36,705 nucleotides of DNA from Promethearchaeota archaeon (GTDB lineage Archaea > Asgardarchaeota > Lokiarchaeia > Sigyniarchaeales > SOKP01). Made by a program: the position numbers and the translations under genes. The notes beneath the pieces were generated by a model. It ran no database searches, was not told the DNA's origin, and saw only the letters and a list, made by a program, of their open reading frames with translations. How positions within the stretch are numbered: position 1 is the first letter of the stretch; every line of letters begins with the position of its first letter. Shown here one piece after another: positions 8,982 to 19,272 of the stretch. Where the stretch lies: assembly GCA_048938895.1 (NCBI GenBank), contig JBHLLU010000019.1, forward strand, positions 1-36,705, written 5' to 3'.

Positions 8982-9566
8982 ATGATAAAATTTAAAGTCG
9001 TTGTTGCTGGAGCAAAAAATGTTGGAAAAACCTCGCTTCTACGGCGTTTTGCGACTGGGAAATTTGAAATATCCACTTTATCTACAATTGGGGTCGATTT
9101 TGAAACAAAAAAGGTAATCATTGACGACACAGAGATACTCCTTAATATTTGGGATTTTGCAGGAGAGAAAAAGTTCCGTTTATTATTTCCTTCTTATGTT
9201 TCAGGTGCTTCTGGAGCTTTAATGCTCTATGACGTTTCGAACAAAGATTCTTTAAACGATCTCTATGACTGGATAAATGTAATATCTTCTGTTCCCAACT
9301 CGCCCAAAACTAAGATTTTGATTGAAGCTAAAAATGATCTGAAAAGGAAAGTACAGCAAGAGGATGCAAGAGAAATCTTTGAAAAATTTAATTTTCAAGG
9401 AGAACTAATTAGCACCTCAGCAAAAACAGGGGAAAATGTTGAGGAAGCATTTAAAATGTTAGGACGTGAGATTTTAAAGAATTCATTACAAAAATGCCCA
9501 AATTGCGGAAAAATGTACCCTCTGGAACTTAAATTCTGTCAGTATTGTGGCTCGAAAACTGCATAA
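8982..9566 (+). CDS. Rab/Ras-like small GTPase with a C-terminal zinc ribbon
   Basis: G1 GAKNVGKT, G2 STIGVDF, G3 WDFAG, G4 AKND, G5 SAKTG. C-terminal CPNC-x10-CQYC. Confidence 0.93.
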   Translation: MIKFKVVVAGAKNVGKTSLLRRFATGKFEISTLSTIGVDFETKKVIIDDTEILLNIWDFAGEKKFRLLFPSYVSGASGALMLYDVSNKDSLNDLYDWINVISSVPNSPKTKILIEAKNDLKRKVQQEDAREIFEKFNFQGELISTSAKTGENVEEAFKMLGREILKNSLQKCPNCGKMYPLELKFCQYCGSKTA

Positions 9567-9681
9567 ATTTCTTTATTAATCAAGGATTCACTCTCTTTCT
9601 TACATCATGGTTTAAAATATCTGAAATTAAGAAAAATTTATTTATCAATGTAGATATGAAGAAATATATTAAAAATCATTA

Positions 9682-10755
9682 GTGGCTTTAGTTATGCATT
9701 ACGAAATAACTCAAGATGTAGAAGAAATTAATGAAAGACTAAAAAAAGAAGGGGTAAGTTTTGAGGGCAAAACAATTTTAGTTACAGGTGGTGCTGGATT
9801 TCTTGGTAGTTGGGTATGTGATGTGTTGGTTAAGCAAAACGCATATTGTATCTGTTTGGATAATTTAACATCGGGACAGCCTCAAAATGTCATACATTTG
9901 ATGGAAAAAGATAACTTTAGATTCATAAACCATGACATATCTTACCCTATATATTTTGGAATGAGTTATCATCCATTAGGTATTTGTATTGGGGATATTA
10001 AGAAAATTGATATTGTTATGCACATGGCAAGTAGAGCATCTCCATTTGAATTCAAAGATAATCCCATCTCAATTCTAAGGAGTAATACTTTGGGCACATT
10101 GAATTCATTAGGTATTGCAAAATTTCATAATTCGATATTTTTCTATACAAGCACTTCTGAAGTATATGGAAATCCCCCTAAAGAAGCAATTCCTTCACCA
10201 GAAAGTTATTTTGGCCATGTGAATCCTGTTGGTCCCAGAAGTTGTTATGACGAATCAAAAAGAGCTGGAGAGGCTTTTATCAAGGCATATGAACTTCAAC
10301 ATCAGATGAGAACAAAGATTGTAAGAATTTTCAATACTTCTGGTCCAAGAATTCGATATGGTCCTGAATTTGGTAGAGTTGTTCCAAATTTTATACATCA
10401 AGCTTTGAATGATGATGACATTACAATCTTTGGAGATGGCTCTCAAACTAGATCGTTTATTTATGTTGTTGATGAGATTGAAGGCATCTTAAAAATGGTT
10501 TATAATGATAAGGCTAATGGGGAAGTTATTAATTTAGGAAATAACCAAGAATACACGATCTTAGAATTAGCGAATATTATAAAGAATTTAACAGATTCTA
10601 ATTCGAAAATAGTATTTAAACCACTGCCGATTGATGATCCGGTACGACGATGCCCTGATATTACTAAAGCAAAAGAAATTTTAGGTTGGAAACCCACAAC
10701 CTCTCTGGAAGATGGACTTAAAAAAACCATTGCATGGTTTAAAGATAATGAATGA
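9682..10755 (+). CDS. NAD-dependent epimerase/dehydratase, UDP-glucuronate decarboxylase (UXS1)-like
   Basis: TGGAGFLG, STSEVYG, VNPVGPRSCYDESKR, RIFNT, GDGSQTRSF, DDPVRRCPDI. Alternative start is the ATG at 9694. Confidence 0.88.
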   Translation: MALVMHYEITQDVEEINERLKKEGVSFEGKTILVTGGAGFLGSWVCDVLVKQNAYCICLDNLTSGQPQNVIHLMEKDNFRFINHDISYPIYFGMSYHPLGICIGDIKKIDIVMHMASRASPFEFKDNPISILRSNTLGTLNSLGIAKFHNSIFFYTSTSEVYGNPPKEAIPSPESYFGHVNPVGPRSCYDESKRAGEAFIKAYELQHQMRTKIVRIFNTSGPRIRYGPEFGRVVPNFIHQALNDDDITIFGDGSQTRSFIYVVDEIEGILKMVYNDKANGEVINLGNNQEYTILELANIIKNLTDSNSKIVFKPLPIDDPVRRCPDITKAKEILGWKPTTSLEDGLKKTIAWFKDNE

Positions 10756-11266
10756 GAATAACTCTGACGAAATAATGGGCGGTATCAAATCTAGCAAAAA
10801 ACAATTTGATACTATACTTAAAATCTGCTTAATGATTGGTATTATCATTGTATCAGGTTTTATAATTTATCATGCTTTTAAACCAGAACCAGGATTTGTT
10901 ACTTTTGGTATTTTAAATGAGAATCAAGAAGCAGAAAACTATCCTACCCAAGCTTCTATAAATGAATCTATTTATTTTTATCTAACTGTCGATAATCATT
11001 TAGATGGAATATTTAGCTTTAATATTAAAATAAAAAAGGGAAACACCACAACTGTATTGAGTTCTGCTGGCTCAAATGGAACCTTAGAATATATTCTCAA
11101 TGGTTCATTGAAACATAAAGAAAAGTGGATGTCTAATAGATTGAATGTTTCATTTTCCCAAACTGGAGTAAATCAAATAATTATTACTGAACTATGGCAG
11201 AATTTTGTGAGTAAACCAGAAGAATTTTATAATATTTTATGGTTACGGATAAATATCACTTCTTAA
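10748..11266 (+). CDS. Membrane-anchored archaeal protein, DUF1616-like
   Basis: One TM helix followed by EPGFVTFGIL...AENYP and C-terminal LWLRINIT. Start revised to ATG 10748, which overlaps the upstream stop. Confidence 0.65.
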   Translation: MNENNSDEIMGGIKSSKKQFDTILKICLMIGIIIVSGFIIYHAFKPEPGFVTFGILNENQEAENYPTQASINESIYFYLTVDNHLDGIFSFNIKIKKGNTTTVLSSAGSNGTLEYILNGSLKHKEKWMSNRLNVSFSQTGVNQIIITELWQNFVSKPEEFYNILWLRINITS

Positions 11267-12639
11267 TCTAGAGCTCCTATTATTTGGACGTTATCTACTC
11301 TGACATATGGAGCTTGCAGTGAACCATAAATTTTAAATTCTTTTGATATGGCACTTATATTTTTATAGAGATCTAAAAGATTAATCCCAATCATCGTTTC
11401 GTTTAAAGGTTCTTGTATCTCACCATTTTTTATTAGATTTCCGTGTAAAATTAATCCTGAAAAATCTCCTGTCGAGATATTTGGATTATCTCCTGTATAA
11501 TCAAAAAGTATACCTTTTTTTACATCCTTAATAATTTCCGTAAATTCAAGTTCGCCTTCTCGCATAATTAAATTTGTAGCACCAATAGACGGGATGGAAC
11601 TATATGAACTTCTGGTTGCATTTCCTGTACTTTCAATTCCTTCTTTACCTGCAGTATAACTATTATGCAATAAACCTGTCTTTAGAAATCTTCCCTTTTC
11701 AAATATCTTTTTGTTTTTACATGGCACTCCTTCACCATCAAATATAGCAGATCCAACAGCACCATCAATTAAGGCGTTATCTTCAATAGTTAAGAATCGG
11801 GATCCGATTATTTCATCTCTTTTATCTACAAGAAAACTACGTTTGTATTGGAAGGATTCTCCATTTATAGCTGATGCAATTGGTCGAAGTATCAACTGTA
11901 TTGTTCCTTTAGGTGTGAGAATAACAGGGGCTTTCATATTTTTTATTTTTTTCCTGTTCAAATTTCTCTTTGCTTCTTTAAGAGCTGTTTGAGCCACTTT
12001 CAGGGCATCTAATTTTTTTATGGATCGCTCAGATTGCCATTCATAACCAAATGAGGTTTCTTCACTGATATTATCTTTCACAATGATATGTGAAGAGAGG
12101 GAACAACTCGTATCTTTTCCTGAAACTTCTAAGCTATTTGAATTAAATATGTTTATTTTGGTATAATTTGAAATAAAGCTTCCGGATTGCGAAATGGCTT
12201 GCTCATCCTGCTCACAAACCTCAATTAAAGTATTGATATAATTCAACGAATCTTCCAGTTGAAGGGTTTTTAATTCTTTATCAAATAATCCATTAATTAA
12301 AGGATAGTTCTGATAAGAACCAGGTAGATCGTGAAAATCCGGATCCGGAGTGCCAACTTTCATCATTTTTAGAGCAGTACTACAGAGGGTTTGGATAGTC
12401 TTCTTATCCGTTTTATTTGAAAATGCAAATCCTAATGCCCCATGTTTACTTATTACTCGAATAGAGACACCATTATCTTCTCCAATTTCACTGTTTTTTA
12501 CTGAATTTTCCTCAATTTCAAGACTAATGTATTTATTTTTTTCAAAATAAATTTCAGCACATTTTAATTCATGAGCTTTTTGTTCAATAAATTTTAAACC
12601 ATAGTTTGCCAGAGAATAAATATCAGAGCCACTTTGCAT
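11263..12639 (-). CDS. pmbA: TldE/PmbA family protein
   Basis: FDGEGVP, STGNA, NISTGDFS, no HExxxH; immediately downstream of tldD. Confidence 0.9.
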   Translation of the reverse strand: MQSGSDIYSLANYGLKFIEQKAHELKCAEIYFEKNKYISLEIEENSVKNSEIGEDNGVSIRVISKHGALGFAFSNKTDKKTIQTLCSTALKMMKVGTPDPDFHDLPGSYQNYPLINGLFDKELKTLQLEDSLNYINTLIEVCEQDEQAISQSGSFISNYTKINIFNSNSLEVSGKDTSCSLSSHIIVKDNISEETSFGYEWQSERSIKKLDALKVAQTALKEAKRNLNRKKIKNMKAPVILTPKGTIQLILRPIASAINGESFQYKRSFLVDKRDEIIGSRFLTIEDNALIDGAVGSAIFDGEGVPCKNKKIFEKGRFLKTGLLHNSYTAGKEGIESTGNATRSSYSSIPSIGATNLIMREGELEFTEIIKDVKKGILFDYTGDNPNISTGDFSGLILHGNLIKNGEIQEPLNETMIGINLLDLYKNISAISKEFKIYGSLQAPYVRVDNVQIIGALD

Positions 12640-14085
12640 TTAATTTAATCCTCCAACAGTAATATCATCAATACGAATATACGGTCCCCCATCACACACT
12701 CTAATACTTTGGCCCCCTTTTCCACACATCCCATCTGAGTAATCTACTTCTTTTCCGATTGCTGAAATCTTATTCAATACTTCGAGGATCATACCACTTA
12801 GAGAAACATCTCTCATTAATTCCTTTTTCTCCCCCTTTTCTATCTTATACGAAAACTTGCATTTAAACTGAAAATTTCCTGTAGAGGGGTCAGTATATCC
12901 ATACTGGAAATCCTCACAAAGGATACCGTTTTTTGTGTCCTTTATGATTTCTTCTGTAGTCCAATCGCCTGGTTCTAAAAAAGTAAAACCCATACGAACT
13001 TGAGGTCGGGAAGAAAACGACGAAGATCTCCCATGTCCATTTGAGGTGGTATCCATCCTTGAAGAGGTTTCTAAGTTGTGCAGATAATTTTTTAATATCC
13101 CTTTCTTAATAATTGTGGTTTTTTGTGAAGGAACTCCCTCATCATCTACGAAATAGCACCCAAATAGCTCATAAGGTATACCAAACTTTTCACCTTGGTT
13201 CATAGTCGGATTATCAATAATATTAACTAATTCAGATGCAACTTTTTCATTAATCTTATTTTTTAATAAACTGTCGTCATTTAATACTAAATCTGCTTCA
13301 ACAGCATGGCCAAAAGCTTCATGTATCATAGTACCTGTGAGTTTTGGATCAACTATGATACTGAATTTACCCCCGATAGGAGATTTCGCCTTTAATAAAT
13401 CAACTGCTTCTTTTGCGGTTTTTTTACTTAAATTTTCTGCTTTTTCTGTATCTATAATTTCAAATCCACCAATACCACCAACTGAATTAATGGCTCTTTG
13501 AAGAATTCCATTATCTTGGGTATACACCAAACTGAATAATCGCAAGAAAGATAAATCCTGCAAAATGTGATTATTAAAGGAATTTATTAATAAACTATTA
13601 GCATGACCATCAATATACAATGTATGAGTATTTTTCACATTGGAAGAATATTCAGAAGCGATTCTTTCATGATGTTTCACTAAATTTATCTTCTCTTCGA
13701 TATCTATATCCTCTAACTTTTTCCGAATGTTTATCTTATAATCTTTAACTAAAGGATCCCGTTCTCTAATTTTGAATTTATGTTTACATAGAGATTCTGA
13801 TAATCTAGCTAATTTAATTGCATTCTTAAATCCATTTATAATTGCTTCTCGATTGAGATCCTTTAAGACACAAAAACCCCACCCTCCATTAATAAAGGTT
13901 CTGATCCCGCATTCAGTAATATAATGAGAGGAAATTTCTTTACTCTTCAAATCTGTAAAATCTAGTGTTACACCCCTACTTACTCCCGATCTAACATCCC
14001 AATACTCTACTTTATTATCTGATAGTATGGACAATTCTCTTATTAATTTATCATCTATTTCTTTTAAATCATCATCGAAATCCAT
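12640..14085 (-). CDS. tldD: TldD metalloprotease
   Basis: HEAFGH zinc motif, DDEGVP, NGHGR, C-terminal CGKGGQ...DGGP. Confidence 0.93.
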   Translation of the reverse strand: MDFDDDLKEIDDKLIRELSILSDNKVEYWDVRSGVSRGVTLDFTDLKSKEISSHYITECGIRTFINGGWGFCVLKDLNREAIINGFKNAIKLARLSESLCKHKFKIRERDPLVKDYKINIRKKLEDIDIEEKINLVKHHERIASEYSSNVKNTHTLYIDGHANSLLINSFNNHILQDLSFLRLFSLVYTQDNGILQRAINSVGGIGGFEIIDTEKAENLSKKTAKEAVDLLKAKSPIGGKFSIIVDPKLTGTMIHEAFGHAVEADLVLNDDSLLKNKINEKVASELVNIIDNPTMNQGEKFGIPYELFGCYFVDDEGVPSQKTTIIKKGILKNYLHNLETSSRMDTTSNGHGRSSSFSSRPQVRMGFTFLEPGDWTTEEIIKDTKNGILCEDFQYGYTDPSTGNFQFKCKFSYKIEKGEKKELMRDVSLSGMILEVLNKISAIGKEVDYSDGMCGKGGQSIRVCDGGPYIRIDDITVGGLN

Positions 14086-14234
14086 TTTGGTAACTCAATT
14101 TTATTATAGTCTCAATATTATAATAATGTCAGTTGGTTAAAGAGGTTTCTTAAAAGAATTGTAGAAAATTATTTTAAATACCTTTGTTTTTTATGATATC
14201 TACTAGGAATTCTATGTAATGTAAAATGTATATT

Positions 14235-14432
14235 TCAATTCTTTGTTTTCAATTCTTTAATAAGAGATATGGCTCCTTTAGGGGTACACTTTTTAGAAAA
14301 CTTTGTAGAATTTTTAAAGTAGAACGAGTGATTACATTTCCAACATTTTTTGGTTTTAATAATTCGGTTGGTGTAATACCACTCCCCACATCGATAACAT
14401 CGATAGAAAAAGTATGTTTGTTCACTATACAT
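14235..14432 (-). CDS. Small zinc-ribbon protein (DUF1922-like)
   Basis: YRCYRCG...KTKKCWKC; 65 aa, basic. Confidence 0.7.
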   Translation of the reverse strand: MYSEQTYFFYRCYRCGEWYYTNRIIKTKKCWKCNHSFYFKNSTKFSKKCTPKGAISLIKELKTKN

Positions 14433-14475
14433 ACTAAAAGGATTGAATGAATTAGTAAATTTAAGCTAAATTAGC

Positions 14476-14490
14476 GAAAAGATTTATTAA
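14476..14490 (+). promoter_or_regulatory. Putative BRE-TATA promoter upstream of purB
   Basis: GAAAAGATTTATTAA; 13 nt are identical to the motif upstream of tRNA-Val. Confidence 0.4.
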
Positions 14491-14611
14491 TTTTTGAAAT
14501 CCTTGACAGAATATCTGTTTATTAATCAATTTTTTTAATCTGAAATAAAATAAGATATATGTTTTGATGAATCATTATTTTAATTATAAGCAATAAAAAG
14601 TAGTCGAAATT

Positions 14612-15970
14612 ATGGGTCATAAATTTATTCATCCAATTGAAACAAGATATCGAACTGAGATTGCTGAGATATTTACTGAAGAAAAAAAACTTGAAAATTG
14701 GTTGAATGTAGAAGCTGTTCTAGCAGAAGTGCATGCAGAACTAGGAAACATCCCAAAAACGGCAGCGAAAGAAATCAGAAAAAAAGCTAATCTAAACTAC
14801 GTTAAATTAGAAAGAGTAAAAGAAATCGATTATGAGATCCACCATGATTTAATGGCAATGGTTAAAGGACTAGCAGAACAATGTGAAGAAGGTGCAGGGA
14901 AGTATATTCATCTCGGAGCGACAAGTTATGATATTGAAGATACTGCTACAGCCATACAGTTAAGAGAAGCCTTGAACTATATTAAATCTTCTTTATTAGA
15001 GTTATTGAAAATTTTACTTATAATCGTCGAAGAAAAAAAGGATTTAGTTTGCATTGGGAGAACGCATGGACAACACGCAATCCCTACAACATTCGGAATG
15101 AGATTTGGAGTGTGGATATATGAGATAGATAGGCATCTAGATAGGATATCTGAAGTATTAGAAAGAATATCATATGGCAAGATGTCTGGAGCTGTAGGAA
15201 CAATGGCGAGTTTTGAAGATAAGGGGATCGAATTACAAAACCGAGTTATGCAAAAACTCGATTTAAAACCAGTACTTATAGCCAACCAAGTGGTTCAGAG
15301 AGATCGTCATGCGGAGGTTATCTTTTTAACCTCATTAATAGGTCAAACTTTGGCAAAAATAGCAAGAGAATATCGAATTCTTCAGAGAAATGAAATAGCT
15401 GAGATGTTTGAACCGTTCAAAGCACAACAAGTTGGAAGTTCTACCATGCCACATAAAAGAAATCCTCATAAATCTGAAAGAATTTGTAGTATAGCAAGAA
15501 TACTTAAATCGAACGTTATTCCTGCTTTAGATAACATTATTTTAGAAGACGAAAGAGACATGACAAATTCAGCTTCAGAGAGGGTTATTTTTGCTGAAAA
15601 TTTCATTCTTTTGGATTATATTATAAAGGGTTTAGTAAATAATCTTCAGGGCATTGAATTTGATGAAATAAAGATTGAAGAAAATTTAAATCTTACAAAA
15701 GGAGCTTGTTTAGCAGAGAAAGTAATGGTCCAATTGGTTGATAAAGGGATTGGAAGACAAGAGGGACATGAACTTCTCAGACAATCAGCAATGTTGGCTC
15801 GAAAGGAAAATCGCTACATGAAAGATATTCTATTTGAAAATGAAAAAATTAAAATTCTGTTCTCAAAAGACGAATTATCTAAATTATTTGATCCTCATGA
15901 TTATATTGGAAAAGCTGTAGAACAGACAGAGAATTTAGTCAAATATCTAAAAAATAAATATAAACTCTAG
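14612..15970 (+). CDS. purB: Adenylosuccinate lyase
   Basis: HLGATSYD, GRTHGQHA, GSSTMPHKRNP fumarate-lyase signature. Confidence 0.97.
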   Translation: MGHKFIHPIETRYRTEIAEIFTEEKKLENWLNVEAVLAEVHAELGNIPKTAAKEIRKKANLNYVKLERVKEIDYEIHHDLMAMVKGLAEQCEEGAGKYIHLGATSYDIEDTATAIQLREALNYIKSSLLELLKILLIIVEEKKDLVCIGRTHGQHAIPTTFGMRFGVWIYEIDRHLDRISEVLERISYGKMSGAVGTMASFEDKGIELQNRVMQKLDLKPVLIANQVVQRDRHAEVIFLTSLIGQTLAKIAREYRILQRNEIAEMFEPFKAQQVGSSTMPHKRNPHKSERICSIARILKSNVIPALDNIILEDERDMTNSASERVIFAENFILLDYIIKGLVNNLQGIEFDEIKIEENLNLTKGACLAEKVMVQLVDKGIGRQEGHELLRQSAMLARKENRYMKDILFENEKIKILFSKDELSKLFDPHDYIGKAVEQTENLVKYLKNKYKL

Positions 15971-15979
15971 CTAATTAAA

Positions 15980-17161
15980 ATGGTTGATAATGATAACATT
16001 TATTCTAAATTGGGTGTATCATCTAAAAAAGAGGATGTTCACAAAGCTATTGAGAAATTAGATAAAGGTCTTTTCCCAGGTTCATTTTGTAAAATAGTAA
16101 AGGATGTAAACGATCGTAAAGATTATTGTTCGGTTTTCCATGCTGATGGAGCGGGAACTAAATCGAGTTTAGCCTATATGTACTATAATGAAATTGGGGA
16201 TCTCAACATTTTTAGAGGCGTGGTCAGAGACGCTATAATCATGAATATCGATGATATCTTATGTGTAGGGGCGACAGGAAATATGTTCCTATCCAATAAT
16301 ATTGGAAGAAACAGTAGACTTATCTCAGGCGATATTATAGAGACGATTATTGATGAATATTATGAATATAGCAAAAAATTGACTGAACTGGGTCTGAATG
16401 TAATAATGTGTGGGGGAGAAACTGCTGATGTTGGTGATATAGTTAAAACTGTGTTATTAGATGCTTCAGTATTCACGAGTATGAAGAAAACGGATGTCAT
16501 CAATACAAATAACATTCAGAATGGCGACGTCATAATAGGTTTTGCAAGCTCTGGAAAAGCACTTTATGAAGAAGAATATAATAGTGGAATAGGTAGTAAT
16601 GGACTTACTTTAGCTAAACATGGTATGCTTTCTCATGATTATTATAAAAAATATCCTGAATGCTTTGATGAGAATTTAAATGAAAACTTAATGTTTTTTG
16701 GTAAATATCTTCTTTCAGATACTATAAAAGGTTATAAGTTAACTATTGGAAAGGCATTATTATCCCCTACAAGAACATACACTCCAATTTTGCTTGAAGT
16801 CTTACAGAAATTTCGATTAAACCTCCATGGAATAATTCACAATACAGGAGGAGGTCAAACAAAAAATCTGAATTATGGAAAGGGTATCAAATTTATCAAA
16901 AATAATTTAATAGCTTTACCCAAAATTTTTGAACTCATTCAAAATTCATCGGAAATTCAATGGAAAGAAATGTTTAGTGTATTTAACATGGGTCACCGAA
17001 TGGAATTATTATGTGAAGAAGAACATGCAAAAGAAATTATAGCAATCGCTAAAAAGTATAACATACAGTCAAAAATCATAGGCTTTTGTGAAAAATCACC
17101 CGAAAAGAATAAAAATATAGTTGAGATTAACTCTGAATTTGGTTCTTTCACATATAGTTAA
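15980..17161 (+). CDS. purM: Phosphoribosylformylglycinamidine cyclo-ligase (AIR synthetase)
   Basis: DGAGTK, GGETAD, SNGLTL, LLSPTRTY, HNTGGG, VFNMG; follows purB. Confidence 0.9.
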   Translation: MVDNDNIYSKLGVSSKKEDVHKAIEKLDKGLFPGSFCKIVKDVNDRKDYCSVFHADGAGTKSSLAYMYYNEIGDLNIFRGVVRDAIIMNIDDILCVGATGNMFLSNNIGRNSRLISGDIIETIIDEYYEYSKKLTELGLNVIMCGGETADVGDIVKTVLLDASVFTSMKKTDVINTNNIQNGDVIIGFASSGKALYEEEYNSGIGSNGLTLAKHGMLSHDYYKKYPECFDENLNENLMFFGKYLLSDTIKGYKLTIGKALLSPTRTYTPILLEVLQKFRLNLHGIIHNTGGGQTKNLNYGKGIKFIKNNLIALPKIFELIQNSSEIQWKEMFSVFNMGHRMELLCEEEHAKEIIAIAKKYNIQSKIIGFCEKSPEKNKNIVEINSEFGSFTYS

Positions 17162-17172
17162 AATTTTAAAGG

Positions 17173-18114
17173 GTGATTATTATTTTTGATGTTATTTGTA
17201 TAGGAGCAGCCCTTGTTGATATGGTCGCTCAAGTGGGAAGACATCCCGAAAATGATGATGAAGTCTTTGTTTCTAATTTAAGTTTATTCTCCGGGGGTGC
17301 TGCTGCTAATACTGCTTATGCTTGTGCAAAATTAGGATTAAGAACTGCTTTTATTGGAAAATTGGGAAGAAGCGATGTTTTTGGGACAAAAATTCTCGAT
17401 GATTTTCATGAAGGAAAAGTTAATACAAAATATATAAAATATAGCGAAAAATTCCCTACAGGATCTGCATATGTAGCATTAAATACCGAAGGAGAGAGAA
17501 GAATATATGCACACAGTGGAGCTGCGAATTATCTTTCAAAAGAAGATATTAAAGAGGAGGAGGTAGCTAATACTCATCTTATTTTTTTAAGCAGTTTGAA
17601 AAATATTGAGGGTTTTATAGAAGCAGCATTAATTGGAAGAAGAAACAAAATTCCGGTTATTCTTAATCCTGGAATGTTGATAATTGAACAGGGGTTGTTG
17701 AATATAGAAACCATACTTAATAAAATAGACGTTTTAATAATGTCTCAAAGAGAATCCAAAAAACTTGTTAATTTTAATAAGAATAATTTGAATCTTAAGA
17801 CAATTAATGAAGATTGTATTACTATATTCTCTTTAGGAGTACGATGTATCATAATCACTTTGGGTGAGGATGGTGCTTTACTTATAACACAAAAAGATTC
17901 TGAAATAATTCCATCTATTAAACCAGAAACGGTAGTAGACACTACAGGTGCTGGAGATGCTTTTTCAGCTGGTTTTATATATGGATTTCACCAAAATCCA
18001 GGGTTTAATTTTGAAACACTTAAAAAAAATGTAAGAATTGGAAATTTTGTAGCAAGTAAATGTATTGGGAAGTTGGGGGCACGAAATGGAATCCCAAAAC
18101 AGATTGAAATTTAG
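17173..18114 (+). CDS. PfkB/ribokinase family kinase
   Basis: GGAAANTA...LG and DTTGAGDAF signatures. Confidence 0.92.
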   Translation: MIIIFDVICIGAALVDMVAQVGRHPENDDEVFVSNLSLFSGGAAANTAYACAKLGLRTAFIGKLGRSDVFGTKILDDFHEGKVNTKYIKYSEKFPTGSAYVALNTEGERRIYAHSGAANYLSKEDIKEEEVANTHLIFLSSLKNIEGFIEAALIGRRNKIPVILNPGMLIIEQGLLNIETILNKIDVLIMSQRESKKLVNFNKNNLNLKTINEDCITIFSLGVRCIIITLGEDGALLITQKDSEIIPSIKPETVVDTTGAGDAFSAGFIYGFHQNPGFNFETLKKNVRIGNFVASKCIGKLGARNGIPKQIEI

Positions 18115-18192
18115 AATAATCTAAGTGAGTAATCAAAAAGTTTTTAATTTTTCAATTCAATAATCTTTTATCAAAAATTGAAGTGAATAGAT

Positions 18193-19257
18193 ATGATCTC
18201 CAGAAGCAATAAGAAAATTATTGCGAAAAAAAGATTTGCTTTTTTTCTTTATGATGTTGCATTTGTATTTATATTCTTGTTTATCATTCTTATAATTCCG
18301 CTTTTTGCAGTGCCTGCTGTAATAGAGGAGGGTTCAGTTTTTTATGGAATTTTTTCCTATTTATTTAGAGCAGCAATGGTTGTCATAGGGATTCCCGTTA
18401 TATTATATCTAACAAACCTTATGTTTGAATTTCAGAAAAAGAAAGTAATTATTGAGGAGGACATTTCCCCTGCTACAGGCCATTTGAAGTTATTTAAGAT
18501 CACTAGAAAAAATTATAAATATCAACTTCTCTATGGATTTCTTATTTTTTTTGTCGTTTTCCTACCTATAGATTTTTTTACCTACTTGCTACTTCCCGAA
18601 GTAATAGAGTATCAAGGATTGGTGTTGGGATTTAGATCCACAAACTCGTATTTAATCGCTAATTATGGTATTTTTTTAATCTCCGCAATCATTATTCAAA
18701 TTTCTGTGTCAATAACAGAAGAGACTATTGCAAGAGGGTTTTTAGCGAAACGGGGAGGTGAATATTTCTCTAATATGTCGGCTATAATTATATCCTCTCT
18801 TTATTTTGGACTAGGTCATTTGTTCTATCTATTTGATATTTATTCTTGGATTCCTGTTCTTTGGTTTACTCAAGCATTTATAATTGGAATTATATTATCC
18901 CTATTTGTTTTAAGAAAAAAGTGGATTATTCCAGTAATAATTGCCCACGCACTGAATAATATTGTGGCAGCTCATACTATTTGGGGTTTCTGGCATAATG
19001 TTAATTTTCAAACAATTGCTCTTTTTATATATATTCCTTTGTTTATTATTGGTATTTTATTCATCACTGTTTGCATATTGTTAGTATGGCCGATATCAAG
19101 TGTAAAAAATGGTCTTTCAAATGGATTTGCTTTATTTACAACCTATTTTAAAAAGGACAAAGATGAAAAAACAATAGGAGACAGTCTATTCCGAGTGTTT
19201 ATTGATATTTTAGTAGGTCTTCTAGTATTTCTGATGGGTTTATTGATTGCTTTTTAA
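18193..19257 (+). CDS. CPBP (CAAX protease/Rce1/Abi-like) intramembrane protease
   Basis: EETIARG (EExxxR), FGLGH (FxxxH), HALNN (HxxxN); many TM helices. Confidence 0.88.
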   Translation: MISRSNKKIIAKKRFAFFLYDVAFVFIFLFIILIIPLFAVPAVIEEGSVFYGIFSYLFRAAMVVIGIPVILYLTNLMFEFQKKKVIIEEDISPATGHLKLFKITRKNYKYQLLYGFLIFFVVFLPIDFFTYLLLPEVIEYQGLVLGFRSTNSYLIANYGIFLISAIIIQISVSITEETIARGFLAKRGGEYFSNMSAIIISSLYFGLGHLFYLFDIYSWIPVLWFTQAFIIGIILSLFVLRKKWIIPVIIAHALNNIVAAHTIWGFWHNVNFQTIALFIYIPLFIIGILFITVCILLVWPISSVKNGLSNGFALFTTYFKKDKDEKTIGDSLFRVFIDILVGLLVFLMGLLIAF

Positions 19258-19272
19258 GGAAGTGCCATTTTA

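Noticed and set aside
14226-14450. Plus-strand 74-aa ORF
   Set aside because: It lies antisense to the zinc-ribbon ORF, which has a coherent CxxC/CxxC pattern.
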